Below are positions 1 through 13,030 of a stretch of DNA of 64,000 nucleotides, piece after piece (within the stretch, counting starts at the first letter, position 1; every line of letters starts with the position of its first letter). Below the pieces are notes generated by a model, which saw nothing but the letters and a program-made list of their open reading frames with translations, was not told where the DNA came from and ran no database searches. The stretch covers positions 24,986,001 through 25,050,000 of the forward strand of contig NC_083286.1 of NCBI RefSeq assembly GCF_963506605.1, read 5' to 3'. The translations under genes and the position numbers were made by a program. The stretch comes from Zootoca vivipara (lineage: Eukaryota).

Positions 1-2274
1 CCACAGAGGGTGCCCAAGCACAGAGGGCCAAATTTTCCATTACAACATCAGCCCTGTGTATAAGAGTCAGCTTCTTTCCCAAATATTAAAGGGGGAAGCT
101 GAACCACCCTACATTTTTCTTTGACATTTTCCTCCTCCCAATGAGGACCTAAGACTGGAAGCAACCCCCCACTGAGAGAAAAATGGTGGAGAGAATTGCT
201 TTGTGGGAGAGAGAGAGAGAGGCTATGGTGCGGGCAAGGTAATGACGACACAAATCACAGTCCTATTGGTCAACAGGACCACAAGCTTTCCTTCTTGCAC
301 CCTAGCATTGACCAAGGATGAGCATTAACTCAAAATCATGACCCTTAGTCCACTGGATGCCAACTTTCCCAGGTTCCTTAAATCATTTGCTGATTTTGTT
401 TTCTTGGATTCCTTCATAAATTTGCATTGCTTTGATGCTGCACTGTATCCTACTGTATTGTTGTATATTCTTTCAATGCTGTGAGCCAACCAGATAGCTT
501 TTTGTCATGGGGTGGTCTACAAACAAAGAAATAGCTAATGCCGGCCAGCAGTCCCTTTCAGGTATCTGTATGGTAGGAATGAAAGCTACATTTCAAATAA
601 TGTGCACCCACCTAATAATGCTTAGAATACATTGAGCTATTATTGACTAAACTTGGAGGAATTTTCAAGAGTCTGCTTACTATTATTATTGTTGTCGTTA
701 TTATTCCTCCGCATGCTAATATTCAAAACCCTGAAGAGGGGGAGGTGGGTTAGACTGTGCTAGAGGGCTAATTCATTAGCATATCAAAGCCAAAGACATA
801 GAAAGGATGTTAGTTTGAGATGCTTAGATAGTGATCCAATTAGCTTGCTTTTACATTTCTGCCAGGAAGCTAATCCAATAAAAAGTAGCATCTTGACCTA
901 CTCAGCGTCTCCCAATATGTGAGTACAACGTGGAATGTTTATTTATTTATTTATTTAGTAAAGGCAATTGGGGATTTAGCTGGTATAAAAGATTCTATGC
1001 AAAATAAAATGAGGGTTTTATTATTATCATTATTATCGCACTGCAATTATAGATAAGGAAACTCTAGCATTGATTATATACAGTAGTATGGCTTGCCACC
1101 CTGAACTTAATTTCTACTTCAGCAGGAGATAAAAAGTGATTCCCACAGGCAGGGCATGTGTCTATTGCAGCTTCCACTGATATTTGTTTAGTGCTGAAAG
1201 GCTACACAGGAGCGCGACAGACACATAGGAAAAGTCAGTGAAGGAGAGCCCTTTTCCCCATTTAGGCAACCTTTCAAGTTCATATTCACTGCATAGCCAC
1301 TGGCTTCTAGACATAGACGATTTAGCAGCACCTAATCACTGCTGTTCTGCCTTAAACTGGAAGTGGATTAGCACATCTGCTTCTAGGCTTCTGGAATCCA
1401 ACTAATATTCTGTAGCTAAGTGATCAGTCTCCCATTCACTAGTACCAAATATTGTGTAGCACAATTTTCATGGGGACGATGGTGCATATTGAGAAAGGCT
1501 ACTGCACTTCCAATCACGATTCCCCACTCCCTGCAGCAACTGAAGGAGAGAAAGAAAAGAAAAGGAATAAAAAAGCAATTTTTGAAAGGATGATGTTGAT
1601 TCCTAGAGAGGAGAAGGAGCATAGAGAACGAAATTGCTGGAGCACTATATATAAACCATGAACAGCTTGTATAGGCCAGAAGAGCTGCATGATCTGTCTA
1701 ATACACCTGAAAAAATCATGCAGCTGTTGCGTTGTGTGAACTAAATCAAAATTTCTGAGCTCTGAAAAAAATGGAAGATGAGCAGGGAAGACATGGGAGG
1801 AAACTGCTCATATCATCATGGAGTTGCCTCACACAAAGGGAGCAAATAAAGCATGGCTAAATTAGAGGACATGTCCAGTGTGGAAGAAACCTAGATTTTA
1901 TTTTGTGGGCATCAAGTGTCACAATGGAAAGAAGTTCCACTACTTACCTCATATTACCTGCTTTGTGGCAGAGACAAACAGGGCCTTCCGCATCATGGTT
2001 TCTATTCTTTAGGTAAAGGGAGATCTCAAGGACACCCTATATACCAGGGTCGGTACAAGCTGAACACAGCCCACCTACCAGGAAGCGTAACCTTTCAGGG
2101 GGTTGACAAGTGACCCTATAGGACCACCAAAATCCAGTTGATCAAGGCCGTGATGAGCTGTCATATATAGCTGATGTGTGGGGATCCTTGTTGGGTCACA
2201 GCTTGTGTTGGCCTGCCGAGAACCCCCACAATGTCCACCTGTCTCCCTCCCTTTTATTTCTTTAACTTAAAATA

Positions 2275-2611
2275 CAGTCATAACTCGGTTTAAGTACGCT
2301 TTGGTTTGAGTACTTTCAGTTTAAGTACTCCGCGGACCCGTCTGGAACGGATTAATCCACTTTCCATTACTTTCAATGGGACAGTTCGCTTCAGGTTAAG
2401 TACGCTTCAGGTTAAGTACGGACTTCCAGAACCAATTACACTCATACTTCAGGTTAATTACGCTTCAGGTTGAGTACTCCGCGGACCCGTCTGGAACGGA
2501 TTAATCCACTTTCCATTACTTTCAGTGGGAAAGTTCGCTTCAGGTTAAGTACGCTTCAGGTTAAGTACAGACTTCTGGAACTAATTGTGTACTTAAACCG
2601 AGGTACCACTG
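2275..2611. mobile_element. Tc1/mariner (Tigger/pogo-like) non-autonomous MITE with an internal ~149-bp tandem duplication
   Basis: TA flanks (2273-74, 2612-13). Termini CAGTCATAACTCGGTTTAAGTAC / GTACTTAAACCGAGGTACCACTG. The CGCGGACCCGTCTGGAACGG block occurs at 2331 and 2480. Confidence 0.85.
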
Positions 2612-4682
2612 TACACACCAAGGACGATGAACCTGAAGTCTACAGGGCAGATCAGGCCCACCAAGTTGTTTGATGCGGCTCACCAGCCCCCACAGTTTTA
2701 TTCATCGTCAAACTGGTCTAGGAGGAGAACCCTCTGGGCCTCCGCATCTCGTCATCAGGACTCTCTCTGAGCCATGCCTGCTCCTCAGGCCACACCCCCT
2801 CTCTGCAGGCCACTCCCCTCAATGGCCAGGATGTGCATCCTTCTCAGGTGCTTCTGCATGACTGAAATGTGTACAGAAAGCCGCTTGCTTGCTTGCCTGG
2901 ATGGTGGTTACAGAGGTGTCTATGTAGAAACATTTCACTTTTGGCATGGCTGAAATGGTATATTGTACAAAGGTAAGAGTCTCATCCCTTGCTCCGCCTA
3001 CTTTTCCTCTTCTGGCCACACCCACTTTTGCCTCTGGCACCCACCAGAAGGCTGCCCTCTATGGAATGTAGCCCTTCGACTGGAAAAAGATCCCTCACCC
3101 CTGCTTTAAATGTCAACACCAGCACTTCAAAGTGGGCTTGGAAACAAACCCACAACTGATATAGCAGGCACAGTATCAGACACTAGTGGAGGGGGGGGGG
3201 AGGAAATTGTTAAGACATTTGGATTAAGAAGGAGAAGAGGCTGTAATAGATTCTTTTCAAGTTGGAAAAGGGATTTTGTAGTCAAAAGACTCACTTCTAG
3301 GAATTCAGTTGTTAATGACACAAAAGGTGTACACTGTAATCCCCATCTTGCTTTCTGCAGCACGGCTTGTACAGCATGTAAAATAATAGTGCATTCTACG
3401 GCATGCAAAATAAACTAAGAAGCGTGTGTGCAACAATTCACATCCTGAGGATTTCTCGCGAATATTCCAGGATTTTTGATGCACAGTAGATGGATCTTAT
3501 TAAGAACATATATGAAAGGAAGAGGGCAGCTGTGGCTACACAGTGGTACAGCAATCTGACCATTATGGGGCTATTCTTGGAAACTCTTATGGGCTAGAGC
3601 AAGGTTTCATCTTCAGACTTTTCTTTCAGGTTCTATCCAGGGTTATTCCAGCAATAAACAGCTGGTTTGTCCTCCTGCCAATAAAGTCAACCCATTTACT
3701 TTTATGCATGAAAGTATCCTTATTCAAAAGGAAGGCTCCTCTTTACTTCATTGCTTTGTCAATGAAACTAGGCTGTCAGGCAACCCCACGTTTAATAAGG
3801 GCCAGACAGCATGTTATGCTAGCTATGTTATCAATGCCCTCAACTGCAGGTTTTTTGTTTCCTTTTCCTTTTAAAGTCAGCTTTTAAAAGCACATATTGC
3901 CAGCGCAGTCGAGGGGGCGATGCAGGCTGTTGTTGGGCTATCCAGATCCCAATCTGAATCAGGGCTCTTAACCCTTGCTATGGTCCTTATCCAAATCGGA
4001 TTGCTGCCCCTGCAATTTGCACTGGTGAAAAACTCCCATTAATTTTGGTGGAAGATTCCCTCCTCCAGTGCAGGTGCAGAGCCCCTGATCCAAATCAAGA
4101 CCATAGTGGTGGGCCATCCTTTGATTGAAGACCCATCTCTTCCCACTAGGGTACCAAACTAGATTGCACCTTGCAGGCATCCCTCCTCCCCTTTCTTTCC
4201 ATCTCTCTCTTCATTTAAGGCACAAGTAGACAGACTGGCTTTAAGGTGTATTAATGAGTGGGAAAGGAATGGATACCTTGTCCAAAATCACTCATGGCTA
4301 TGTAATAAGAGATCTAGGATTTCTATGATGCCCTCTACGGTCTGTTTTTATGCATCAATTGGAGATTTTATATTCATCACCCAGACAGAAATCAGCAGGT
4401 GAAGCATTTCATTGCATGCAGGTAAGCTAATGTCTCTTTTCCAATCTACTGTTAAGAGCATAAGCAGAGGAGCCTGTAAAGAGCAACTCTCATTGGATCT
4501 GCCTTTGAAAATATATGAGAATCAGCAAAAAAGATGGATGAATTTTGTGTTGCAAGATAAAATCTGATTGAACTATCTTCTAGCCATTGGGAATAATATG
4601 CCCAAGGCATGGTTTTGTGCTAGGCTCACAGATACACAGAAAGGTGCATCTCAAGAATTACTGGACTTGCTCTGAACTCAAA

Positions 4683-4981
4683 CCACATCTGTGCCATGTG
4701 CTTAAAGCACTATTATGCCCCATTAATAGTCATGGACTCCTACAAAGAATTTTGGGAACCGTAGTTTGTAGCTTTGTGAAGGGAATTGGAATTAACAATC
4801 TGTATAGTTTCCTGGGAAAAGAGAGAAAACCTTTAGGAGAACTGTAGCTCTGTGAGGGGAGAAGGGGGTCTCCTAACAACCCTAAGCACCCTTAACAAAC
4901 TACAGTTCCCAGGATTCTTTGGGGGAAGCCATGGCTGTTAATGTGGCATAATAATGCTTTAAACATATGACATGGATGTGT
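4683..4981. mobile_element. Degenerate palindromic MITE (AACTACAGTTCCCAGGATTCTTTGGG family)
   Basis: Long imperfect inverted arms; same family as 20625-21135. Confidence 0.65.
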
Positions 4982-5039
4982 GTTAACTCAGTGTTCATTA
5001 TCATCATCACCATAGAAGGCAAATGCTATTTAATAGTAT

Positions 5040-5736
5040 TGTTATGGATTTTGGGGTGCCATAGTTTGGGGGTGCCTGGATTTAGTAAGTGCTAACATTT
5101 GATCAATGCTTGGAGAGTTAAACTGGAAGGCAGACCCTTAATAGCAGCTTTCTGTGTCCAGGCCAGGCCAGTTGTTAATGATCCATGTCATCTGTCATGG
5201 GTGCTTTAGCTGAGATTCCTGCAGTGTGTGTGTGTGGGGGGGACTAGATGACCCTTGTGTCCCTTCCAGCTCTATGATTCTATGATTCAAACAAAGGGGG
5301 CAGTGAGATGGGCAATTAACCAAGCAGAGACACTGTACTAGCCAGCAAATGGGTGGAGCCCCACACACCCAGGGTTCTGGGTAGTTAGCAAAAGGTAATG
5401 CCAGAGTTTTTGAGGGGGGAGGAAGATTCAGGATTGCAGCTGGGGGTGACGTAAGCTGCAGGAGGAATAGTTGCAGATGGCAAGTGGAGGAAAGCTGAAG
5501 AGGGGGTGGATCGGCATAATGTGGGCTAACCATTTTTGAATCAGAGGGAGAAATGAAACCTTCTTGGAGTGTAATGCTGGAAGCCCCTCCATCATAGGCT
5601 GAGGTAGTATATTTGTGTAAATAAACCAGAGACTATACCAGGTAGTATATTTGTGTAAATAAAGCTAAAGACATCATAGTCTCTGCTGTGCCTGATTTCC
5701 AAAGGAAACACAAACCCTGGATCCAGGAATCTCACA
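5040..5736 (+). mobile_element. Solo LTR (Gypsy/ERV-like) interrupted by a CR1 3' tail
   Basis: TG...CA ends (TGTTATGG...CTCACA), 4-bp TSD GTAT (5036-39, 5737-40), duplicated AATAAA block near the 3' end. Confidence 0.6.
5195..5289 (+). mobile_element. CR1-type 3' tail
   Basis: GGACTAGATGACCCTT...CCCTTCCAGCTCTATGATTCTATGATTC, the typical CR1 (ATTCTRTG)n end. Confidence 0.75.
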
Positions 5737-6421
5737 GTATTATAGTAATCTGCATTCAGAATGTTCCAAGGAAATAAACTTATTGGACATGCCAGCGAAA
5801 TAACTTCCCATGTTTTAGACAAGGCCAGATGTATGAAGTTTGCCGCCTCTTTTCTCGTCACCCCATGGCCCCCGCCAGGATTATTATGGGTCAAGGAGCC
5901 TTCGAACAAATAGAAATCAATAGACTGCAGTGCCAGCTGATTCACTCAGATAGGTCTGAGTGAACCTAGTCGTGACAAGCGATAGATTTATCAACAATGG
6001 ACTGTGCACGAACAAAAGGTGCGGGTCATTGTCTGTTATTGCCTTAGCCTCCCAGCAGGAGATCTGAGTCAGTCACAGAGGCGTGTGCATGAATAATAAT
6101 ATCATAATGTGCATTCGTAAGAGTGTAGAATCATTTGCACTGCTCAATTTACCTTCTGTACAGTGCCATATAATGAAATAGCACCGGACAAATAATAACA
6201 GGATAATCACCTTCATCCTGATCCATGAAGGATGTTTAGGAGTGAGAGTTTCTGTGATGATATATCAAACTGACGCAAAGAAAGGGAAAGAGAGCTGTAA
6301 TTTTGATTTCCATCTGTTTCAGCTAGGCTTCCCGTCTTCCCCTCCTTCCTTAACAGAGAGCAGCCCTGAGATCCCATACCTGTAACCATCTCCCATACAG
6401 ACTGCCTCTTCTCTGCCTCTT

Positions 6422-6509
6422 GTCCTGCATTGCAGGGGGTTGGGCTAGATGACCCTTGGTGTACCCTAGATGACCCTTGGTGCCCCTTCCATCTCTATGA
6501 TTCTGTGAT
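6422..6509 (+). mobile_element. CR1-type 3' tail with a local duplication
   Basis: CCTGCATTGCAGGGGGTTGGGCTAGATGACCCTTGGTG, with CTAGATGACCCTTGGTG present twice; ends ATTCTGTGAT. Confidence 0.7.
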
Positions 6510-6660
6510 GGTGTGTAGTATTTACAGCTGTGGCGCAAGGACAGGGTGCTGGTAGGAAGAGAAGATGACAATGCATTATATTTTATAATTATATTACGTT
6601 TACGTATATCCCACTTTTCCTCTAAGGAGCTCAAGATGGCCTATATGGTTCTCCTCCTCC

Positions 6661-6785
6661 CTGAGACTCTTCATCTCAGGGTTGTGGGTTTGAGTCCCAC
6701 GCTGGGCAAAATATTCCTGCATTTCAGGGGGTTGGACTAGATGGCCCTCGTAGTCCCTTCCAACTCTACCGTTCTATGATTCTAC
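6661..6785 (+). mobile_element. 5'-truncated tRNA-Lys-derived SINE with CR1 tail, nested in an older minus-strand Squam3-like SINE (~6595-6820)
   Basis: GAGACTCTTCATCTCAGGGTTGTGGGTTTGAGTCCCACGCTGGGC resembles the 3' half of tRNA-Lys(CTT). A CR1 tail follows, and the host SINE resumes at ATTTTATCCCTCTCACAATAACCCTGTG. Confidence 0.75.
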
Positions 6786-7679
6786 GATTTTATCCCTCTC
6801 ACAATAACCCTGTGGAGTGGCTATCCCTATGCATGTCCTTACCACCTGTAAGTGCCACAGACCTTAGGTAACAATGGGGCTTAAGGAGAGAGCATTGTGT
6901 TGTGGCTCTCCCTGCTCCAAAGGCGGCAGGTACAGAAATATTCCTGTTCCAGGAAGCTCAGAGGACCAGGCTGCAAATGACTTACCTGAGGAATTGGCTG
7001 TCAGATGCCGGTAGGAACATAAAAGGTTAGATTACCTGGGCTTTCCTCATAGGCTGCTTTAATAGTAAGACTCGCCCAGACCTAACGCTTTCACCTCAGC
7101 AGAGAGTTTTGGGGAACCGTAATTAGTTTCTGTGGAACACAGTTAAATTAAAGCAGGATGATGTTCAAGAGCCCTCAATACTGGAATTAATTTTCTCCCT
7201 TGGTCTCAAATAGCCTGAATCAGTCGAGCTTCAGCGCATGGTGCACAGCTTATCTGTTTGAATGGGTCTTCGGGGATGGCTGAGGTGAAAGGGGCCTAAA
7301 GAAAGCATAGGTTGGGGATTTTTCTTTTGCCTGAATTATTTTCTAGCTTTTGTTCTCGTTCTCTCTCTCCCTCTCTCTCCCTCTCCCCCTCTCTCTCAGC
7401 TTAACAGCAACACATTACACTTCATGTTTTGTTGCAAACTCTGTGCCTGGTTTTCTAATAGTTTGCTGCTACAGTATGTAGTCACATTTTTAATAATGGG
7501 AACAGAGGACCAAGAGCTGCTATGTTCTTTTACGGCAGCTATTGCCTTGTTCTTTTCTGTTTATTTAAACTTGAATGGACATGCAGTCAATTATTTATTA
7601 CTAAACCACTTTCTCCAAGGAGCTCAGAGTGACTTATAAGCTCCTTTGCATTTTATCCTCAGAACAGCCCTGCAGGTGG

Positions 7680-8085
7680 GCTACAATCCCTAAGGATGTG
7701 CTCTATGGGGAGCTGGCACCAGGCACCAGGCCCATTGGCAGAGCAACTCTGTGTTACAAAGGTGTCTGTGAATGTGACATGAAGGTTGGCAACAACAACC
7801 CTGCCATGTGGGAATCCCTTGCAGATGATTCCAGTGCCTGGAGACAGGCAGTCAAGTTGTGTAATATCCATAGCAGTGACCAGAGAGAAATGACCGCTGG
7901 GAGGAATGCAGAGAGAAGAAACGCTATGGCGTATCTGCAGCAGCACAACTGGACACCTTCATTTGCCCTAGCTGCAACAAAACATGTCTCTCTTGCATCG
8001 GTCTCTACAGCCACAGCAGGTGCTGCAACTGTCCAACTAGCTTGACCTCACCCCCAAAGGCACACTTCTCCATTGTCTCCTCAGA
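7680..8085 (+). mobile_element. Decayed RTE-clade LINE 3' fragment (not BovB)
   Basis: Translation IPKDVLYGEL..G.RP.GR...W...A.D.SAWRQ, then in a shifted frame CPSCNKTCLSCIGLYSH, typical of the RTE C-terminus and zinc finger. Confidence 0.8.
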
Positions 8086-8229
8086 TGCCAACCTATTGTG
8101 CTGGCTCCCGGGAGGAATCAGAAAAAGAGTTCCCTTGGAGGATTATGACAACATTATTCTGGTATAGCCCTTGGACCTGACAGCCAGAAGATGGGTACAG
8201 TATATGGTGCTTTTCCTGGAATGGAGAGG

Positions 8230-8398
8230 AAGGGATGTAGCTCCGTGGCAGAGCATTGGCTTTGAATACAGGTTCAATCCCTTGCCAATTCCAGGTAAGG
8301 CTGTGAATGTCCCCAGTTGGAAATCCTAGAGAGCTACTGCCAGTCAGTAGCTGATAGAGCAATGGTTTGACTCAGTATGAAGCAGTTTCCTATGTTCC
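8230..8398 (+). mobile_element. Old tRNA-derived SINE (Squam2-like)
   Basis: A box TAGCTCCGTGG, B box GGTTCAATCC, body ending GCAGTTTCCTATGTTCC. Related copies at 52405-52600 (+) and 45655-45820 (-). Confidence 0.6.
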
Positions 8399-9229
8399 CA
8401 GGCTGAAGCAATGGAGATGTGAAATTTCTGTCTGCAAGGAAACTGCAGAAAGCTCAAGAGCCTAGTTTTTTTAAAAAAATGCACCTGTGGTTGAACAGAA
8501 CACAAATAAATGACTGCTGAAGTTTTGAACTGGTACTATAAAAATCAATGATCTATCAGAATAATAATAGTGTTTGTAAAAAAATATATATGTAGAAAAT
8601 GATAAACACAATATTTCAGTTCAGAAAATCAGTAGAGGTTTAAAGTGTTTTGTTCCTTAAATCAGTTTAGAGACCCAGTATATGGTATAAGTTCCAATGG
8701 AGGGCTTTTTAGCACTGCCAGAGCATTGCTTTTCCCCAGTTGGAAAAAAAGCTGAATTCCACACAGTGCTATATTATCAGGCAAAGCTATTTTTTTTTTG
8801 CCAAGATCTTACGATAACGTCCCATTTACCAAAGGACACCTGCAACTTTAATGAGTATTGTCTGCCTTGCTGCTTCTATCCCTGTTATTCTTTTCTGTTT
8901 AGTGCAGCACCACTGACTAATTGCAGGGCAATTAAGAGGCAATTCGGCAGTTAATTACCAACAATTAGAGAAACAAGCTTTTTCTTCTGGAGGAGGAAGC
9001 TTCTGCTTAAAGGCACAAGAGTCCTGAGAAGCCTAATAGCTCCTTGTGAGTCTTCTACACATGATAGACTGATACAACTGAATTTTATGGGGGGGGGGAG
9101 TCTCTCTAAATTAGGTCTTAGAAGGGTACAGATAGACAATACACTGGAATGCAGTGGGCTGGATCAGGCAATGTAGTCCAGCACTCTGTTTTAAGCTAGA
9201 TGTTTACCGGAAGCCTGCAAACAGGATGT

Positions 9230-10275
9230 GATTACAACCGTTCATTCATGTTCCCCAGCAAACAGTGGTGTTTAGAGATTTATTTATTTTTATCTCCTGT
9301 ACTGGATGGAGGTGGTTCACAAACATCATGGCTAGTAGCCATTGATAACCTTATTTTTCACAGATCTGTCCCTAATCTGCTTTTAAAGCTACCCAAGTTA
9401 ATAGCCATTACTACAACTTGTGGTAGAACCTTTTAATGAGGGTGAAAGAGGAGAGCGCAAAATATGGTCTGAAGCTCAACATCAAAAAAACCAAGATCAT
9501 GGCCACTGGTCCCATCACCTCCTGGCAAATAGAAGGGGAAGAAATGGAGGCAGTGAGAGATTTTACTTTCTTGGGCTCCTTGATCACTGCAGATGGTGAC
9601 AGCAGTCACGAAATTAAAAGACGCCTGCTTCTTGGGAGAAAAGCAATGACAAACCTAGACAGCATCTTAAAAAGCAGAGACATCACCTTGCCGACAAAGG
9701 TCCGTATAGTTAAAGCTATGGTTTTCCCAGTAGTGATGTATGGAAGTGAGAGTTGGACCATAAAGAAGGCTGATCGCCGAAGAATTGATGCTTTTGAATT
9801 ATGGTGCTGGAGGAGACTCTTGAGAGTCCCATGGACTGCAAGAAGATCAAACCTATCCATTCTTAAGGAAATCAGCCCTGAGTGCTCCCTGGAAGGACAG
9901 ATTGTGAAGCTGAGGCTCCAATACTTTGGCCACCTCATGAGAAGAGAAGAATCCTTGGAAAAGACCCTGATGTTGGGAAAGATTGAGGGCACTAGGAGAA
10001 GGGGACGACAGAGGACAAGATGGTTGGACAGTGTTCTCGAAGCTACGAACATGAGTTTGACCAAACTGCGGGAGGCAGTGCAAGACAGGAGTGCCTGGCG
10101 TGCTCTGGTCCATGGGGTCACGAAGAGTCGGACACGACTAAACGACTAAACAACAACAACAACTTGTGGCAGCAAAGCACACAGTTTAACTATGAGCAGC
10201 ATGAGGAACTGATTCCTTTTGTCTGTCCTGAATCTTCACTCAGCTTCATTGGATGGCCCCAGGTTTCTTTATTGT
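9230..10275 (-). mobile_element. Old CR1 LINE 3' fragment, split by the BovB insertion
   Basis: CATGGCTAGTAGCCATTGATA...TTTTAAAGC...ACAACTTGTGG | ...TGTCTGTCCTGAATCTT...CAGCTTCATTGGATG matches the reverse of a reptile CR1 ORF2 end. Confidence 0.6.
9425..10158 (+). mobile_element. BovB (RTE) LINE, 5'-truncated; intact 237-aa C-terminal part of the RT ORF (9436-10149)
   Basis: Peptide GLKLNIKKTKIM...VFPVVMYGSESWTIKK...LRLQYFGHLMRR...HGVTKSRTRL; (CAA)n tail; TSD ACAACTTGTGG at 9413 and 10159. Confidence 0.95.
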
Positions 10276-11877
10276 AAAGTTGAACAGCTCCAGCGGCTTC
10301 CACCAATTCAAGAACTGAATCTCTAGTTGATACACAGCAGTTAATGGCAAGGGAAAGCTAATTCATTTTTAAGAGCATATTACAAGCTGAGCCTAAGCAT
10401 GTTTACTCCAAAGTAGGTCACCCTGAGTTCAATAGGACTTTGTTGTGAGTAAGCAAACTTGCTTGCAAGTGTAATAGGTAACAGATCTATTTTTTAAAAA
10501 GCCCATTTGCTATGAGCACTGCAGCTAGTAGATAATACTGAATGCAGTTTGTATTTATATTGCTTTGCACTTCCCAAAGCATTAAGAGGTTCCTGGATAG
10601 CTTTGCATTTTCCTGTTTAAGGGGAAAGTACAATAAACTGAAGGTGTTGTTTGGTTTTAAATTCTCTTTATTTGCAGCTGGGTATGGGCTGATCATCGAA
10701 ATGGCCAAGAAAATCTGTTGCACTGATTACTTGTTAATTTGTATTCATTGTTAGTAGCCAATCTAAAGCTGAAGGAAAGCTTTGAAGGAAAGCACAACGC
10801 AGCTCACAATAGTTTTGTTTTTACATTCCTAGATCATAATCCAAAATAAATTATGTGAAAATATATTCCATCAAAATCAATAGGATTTGCAAACACTGTT
10901 TGATCTTCAGGAAGACAACAGTAATGCAGAGTCCCATGTTATTATTATTTTACAAATTCTTGTTCATATTGAAACTTAACTCCAGATCGTTTCGTTTTCT
11001 TTCCTCCCTGATCTTTAAATGATCCCCATCTCATCCCTTTTTCATTCCATATCAGATAAAAAGTCCTCCCATCTTCCTGCCCAACAATCTGTGTCACATC
11101 CCAGCTGCCAGCCTCACCACCCAACTCTGTGGATGTTTATCAATATGAAGGCTGCCTCCAGATGCTCAGAAAGCCCTTTTATGTTCAGAAACAGCCAATC
11201 AGTCTTCTTCGCGACTCAGAAAAACAGGTCTAAGGGCATTGTTCCCTCAGCAGGGTAGCATCTCAGCAGCTGACAGGACTTGGACTACCTAACTATAGCA
11301 AATACAAAGAGCAGAAAAGTCACAGAAAGCAATAGGATTTTGATTGACGAGTCAACCTATTCCAATACTTATGATGTATTGCTTTGTTGTGGAGGGAGCA
11401 GATGTTATGTGTGTGTGGCTAGGGTAATTACACACATACTTGAAAGGGTTAGAACATGTTTGGAAACCTGTGGCTCTCCAGATGTTGTTGAACTGCACCT
11501 CCCATCACGATTGTGGGAGCTGGAGGGTCATAGCTTCCACACACCCTGATTTAAAAAGACAGTAAAGCTTCCTGAAGGTTGTAAAATGTGAGTGTGTGCC
11601 TAAGAATCAGTTGTAGAAACTGGATGTTGATGTGCCAGGACCTTCCAGAAGGAAGCAAGGTAACAACAAGGATGCAAAGGAACTATGTCTGAGAAAGCCA
11701 GGATCCCATAGGGCTTAAAGGTGTGTGAAGGGTTTTTCCCCACCCATGAGCTTTAAATGGACTTTGAGCATCTCCTGGGCTGTTAATATGAATAGGAAAC
11801 AGAAGGTGCACAATTTGGGCAGTGCAGGCATGATTCCACATTAGGCATTTACTTTGCAGTAGCTAGCCGGGATTTAT

Positions 11878-12237
11878 GGGACGCAGGTGGTGCTGTGGGT
11901 TAAACCACAGAGCCTAGGGCTTGCCGATCAGAAGGTCAGCGGTTCGAATCCCTGCGACGGAGTGAGCTCCCGTTGCTCGGTCCCAGCTCCTGCCAACCTA
12001 GCAGTTCGAAAGCACGTCAAAGTGAAAGTGGATAAATAGGTACCGCTCCAAGCGGGAAGGTAGACTAAGCGGGAAGGTTTCCATGCGCTGCTCTGGTTCG
12101 CCAGAAGCGGCTTTGTCATGCTGGCCACATGACCTGGAAGCTGTACGCCGGCTCCCTCGGCCAGTAATGCGAGATAAGCACCGCAACCCCAGAGTCGGTC
12201 ACGACTGGACCTAATGGTCAGGGGTCCCTTTACCTTT
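11878..12237 (+). mobile_element. Sauria SINE (Squam1), full length
   Basis: tRNA-like head with B box GGTTCGAATCC, BovB-like GAGTCGGTCACGACT near the end, ACCTTT tail, TSD TAGCCGGGATTT (11864, 12238). Confidence 0.93.
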
Positions 12238-12879
12238 TAGCCGGGATTTGCTCACTCACTTTTTATGGGGCATCAGCCCTATCATTGTTCTCCTGTGATT
12301 TTTTTCCTGTGATTAGGTTTTATGGTCACATAACACAGTGTTTTAAATGCTTTAAGTTTCATGTGCTGAAAATGCCCACAATCTTTTCAGGACCGGGTCC
12401 GAGAGGGCAGGAAGGATGCTGGGACAAGGACAACATAGTTGAAGAGGCAAAATTGTATCACATAGCCCTGTGTAGGACCTGAGAAATGTATGACAGGTAA
12501 GGGTGGAGATCATTAAGAGTCTTGAGTTCCTGCAGATGTCTATAGTGCCATCACTTGGGGGAGAAGCCCTATTATCAGTACCAGAAAACCAGTAACAGAG
12601 AGACTGTCTGGAGCTGATCAGGCCAGACTTAAGAGCAGTGCCTCATTTTATACTGGAATATTGTTTCTGCAACTATGTTGGTGTTTCACTTACGAAATAT
12701 GTCAGCTGTGGGCAACTGGTGTGTGTTCTGCAACACCTGTTTACGTGTATCCTGGCCCAACCGTAGTAAGTACCGACTCACTTTCCACGGATGTAGTGAC
12801 TGGATGAGAGACGGTAACTGCATAGTACAGCAGCCATCAGCCAAACTCCCGTATACCATCAGATTCTGAGAAGTTGGGA

Positions 12880-13030
12880 TGTGAGTGGGTATCTTGGTTG
12901 GTGAGCATGGTGCTGATAATGTAAAGGCTGCAGGTTTGATTCCCTTATGGGATAGGTGCATATACCTGCCTTGCAAGGGGTTGGACTAGATTATCCTCAG
13001 GGTCCTTTCCTGATACAATTCTATCATCTA
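12880..13030 (+). mobile_element. Decayed tRNA(Ile-like)-derived SINE with CR1 tail
   Basis: GGTTGGTGAGCATGGTGCTGATAATGTAAAGGCTGCAGGTTTGATTCC head, then GGGTTGGACTAGAT tail. Confidence 0.65.

Noticed and set aside
9436-10149. Longest ORF (237 aa) as a host gene
   Set aside because: It is the C-terminal part of the BovB RT ORF in a truncated, TSD-flanked insertion. The antisense ORFs are shadows of it.
11928-12128. Recurrent MASMTKPLLANQSS ORF family (also 20867, 24703, 44019, 57386)
   Set aside because: These are antisense translations of Sauria SINE copies, not a gene family.
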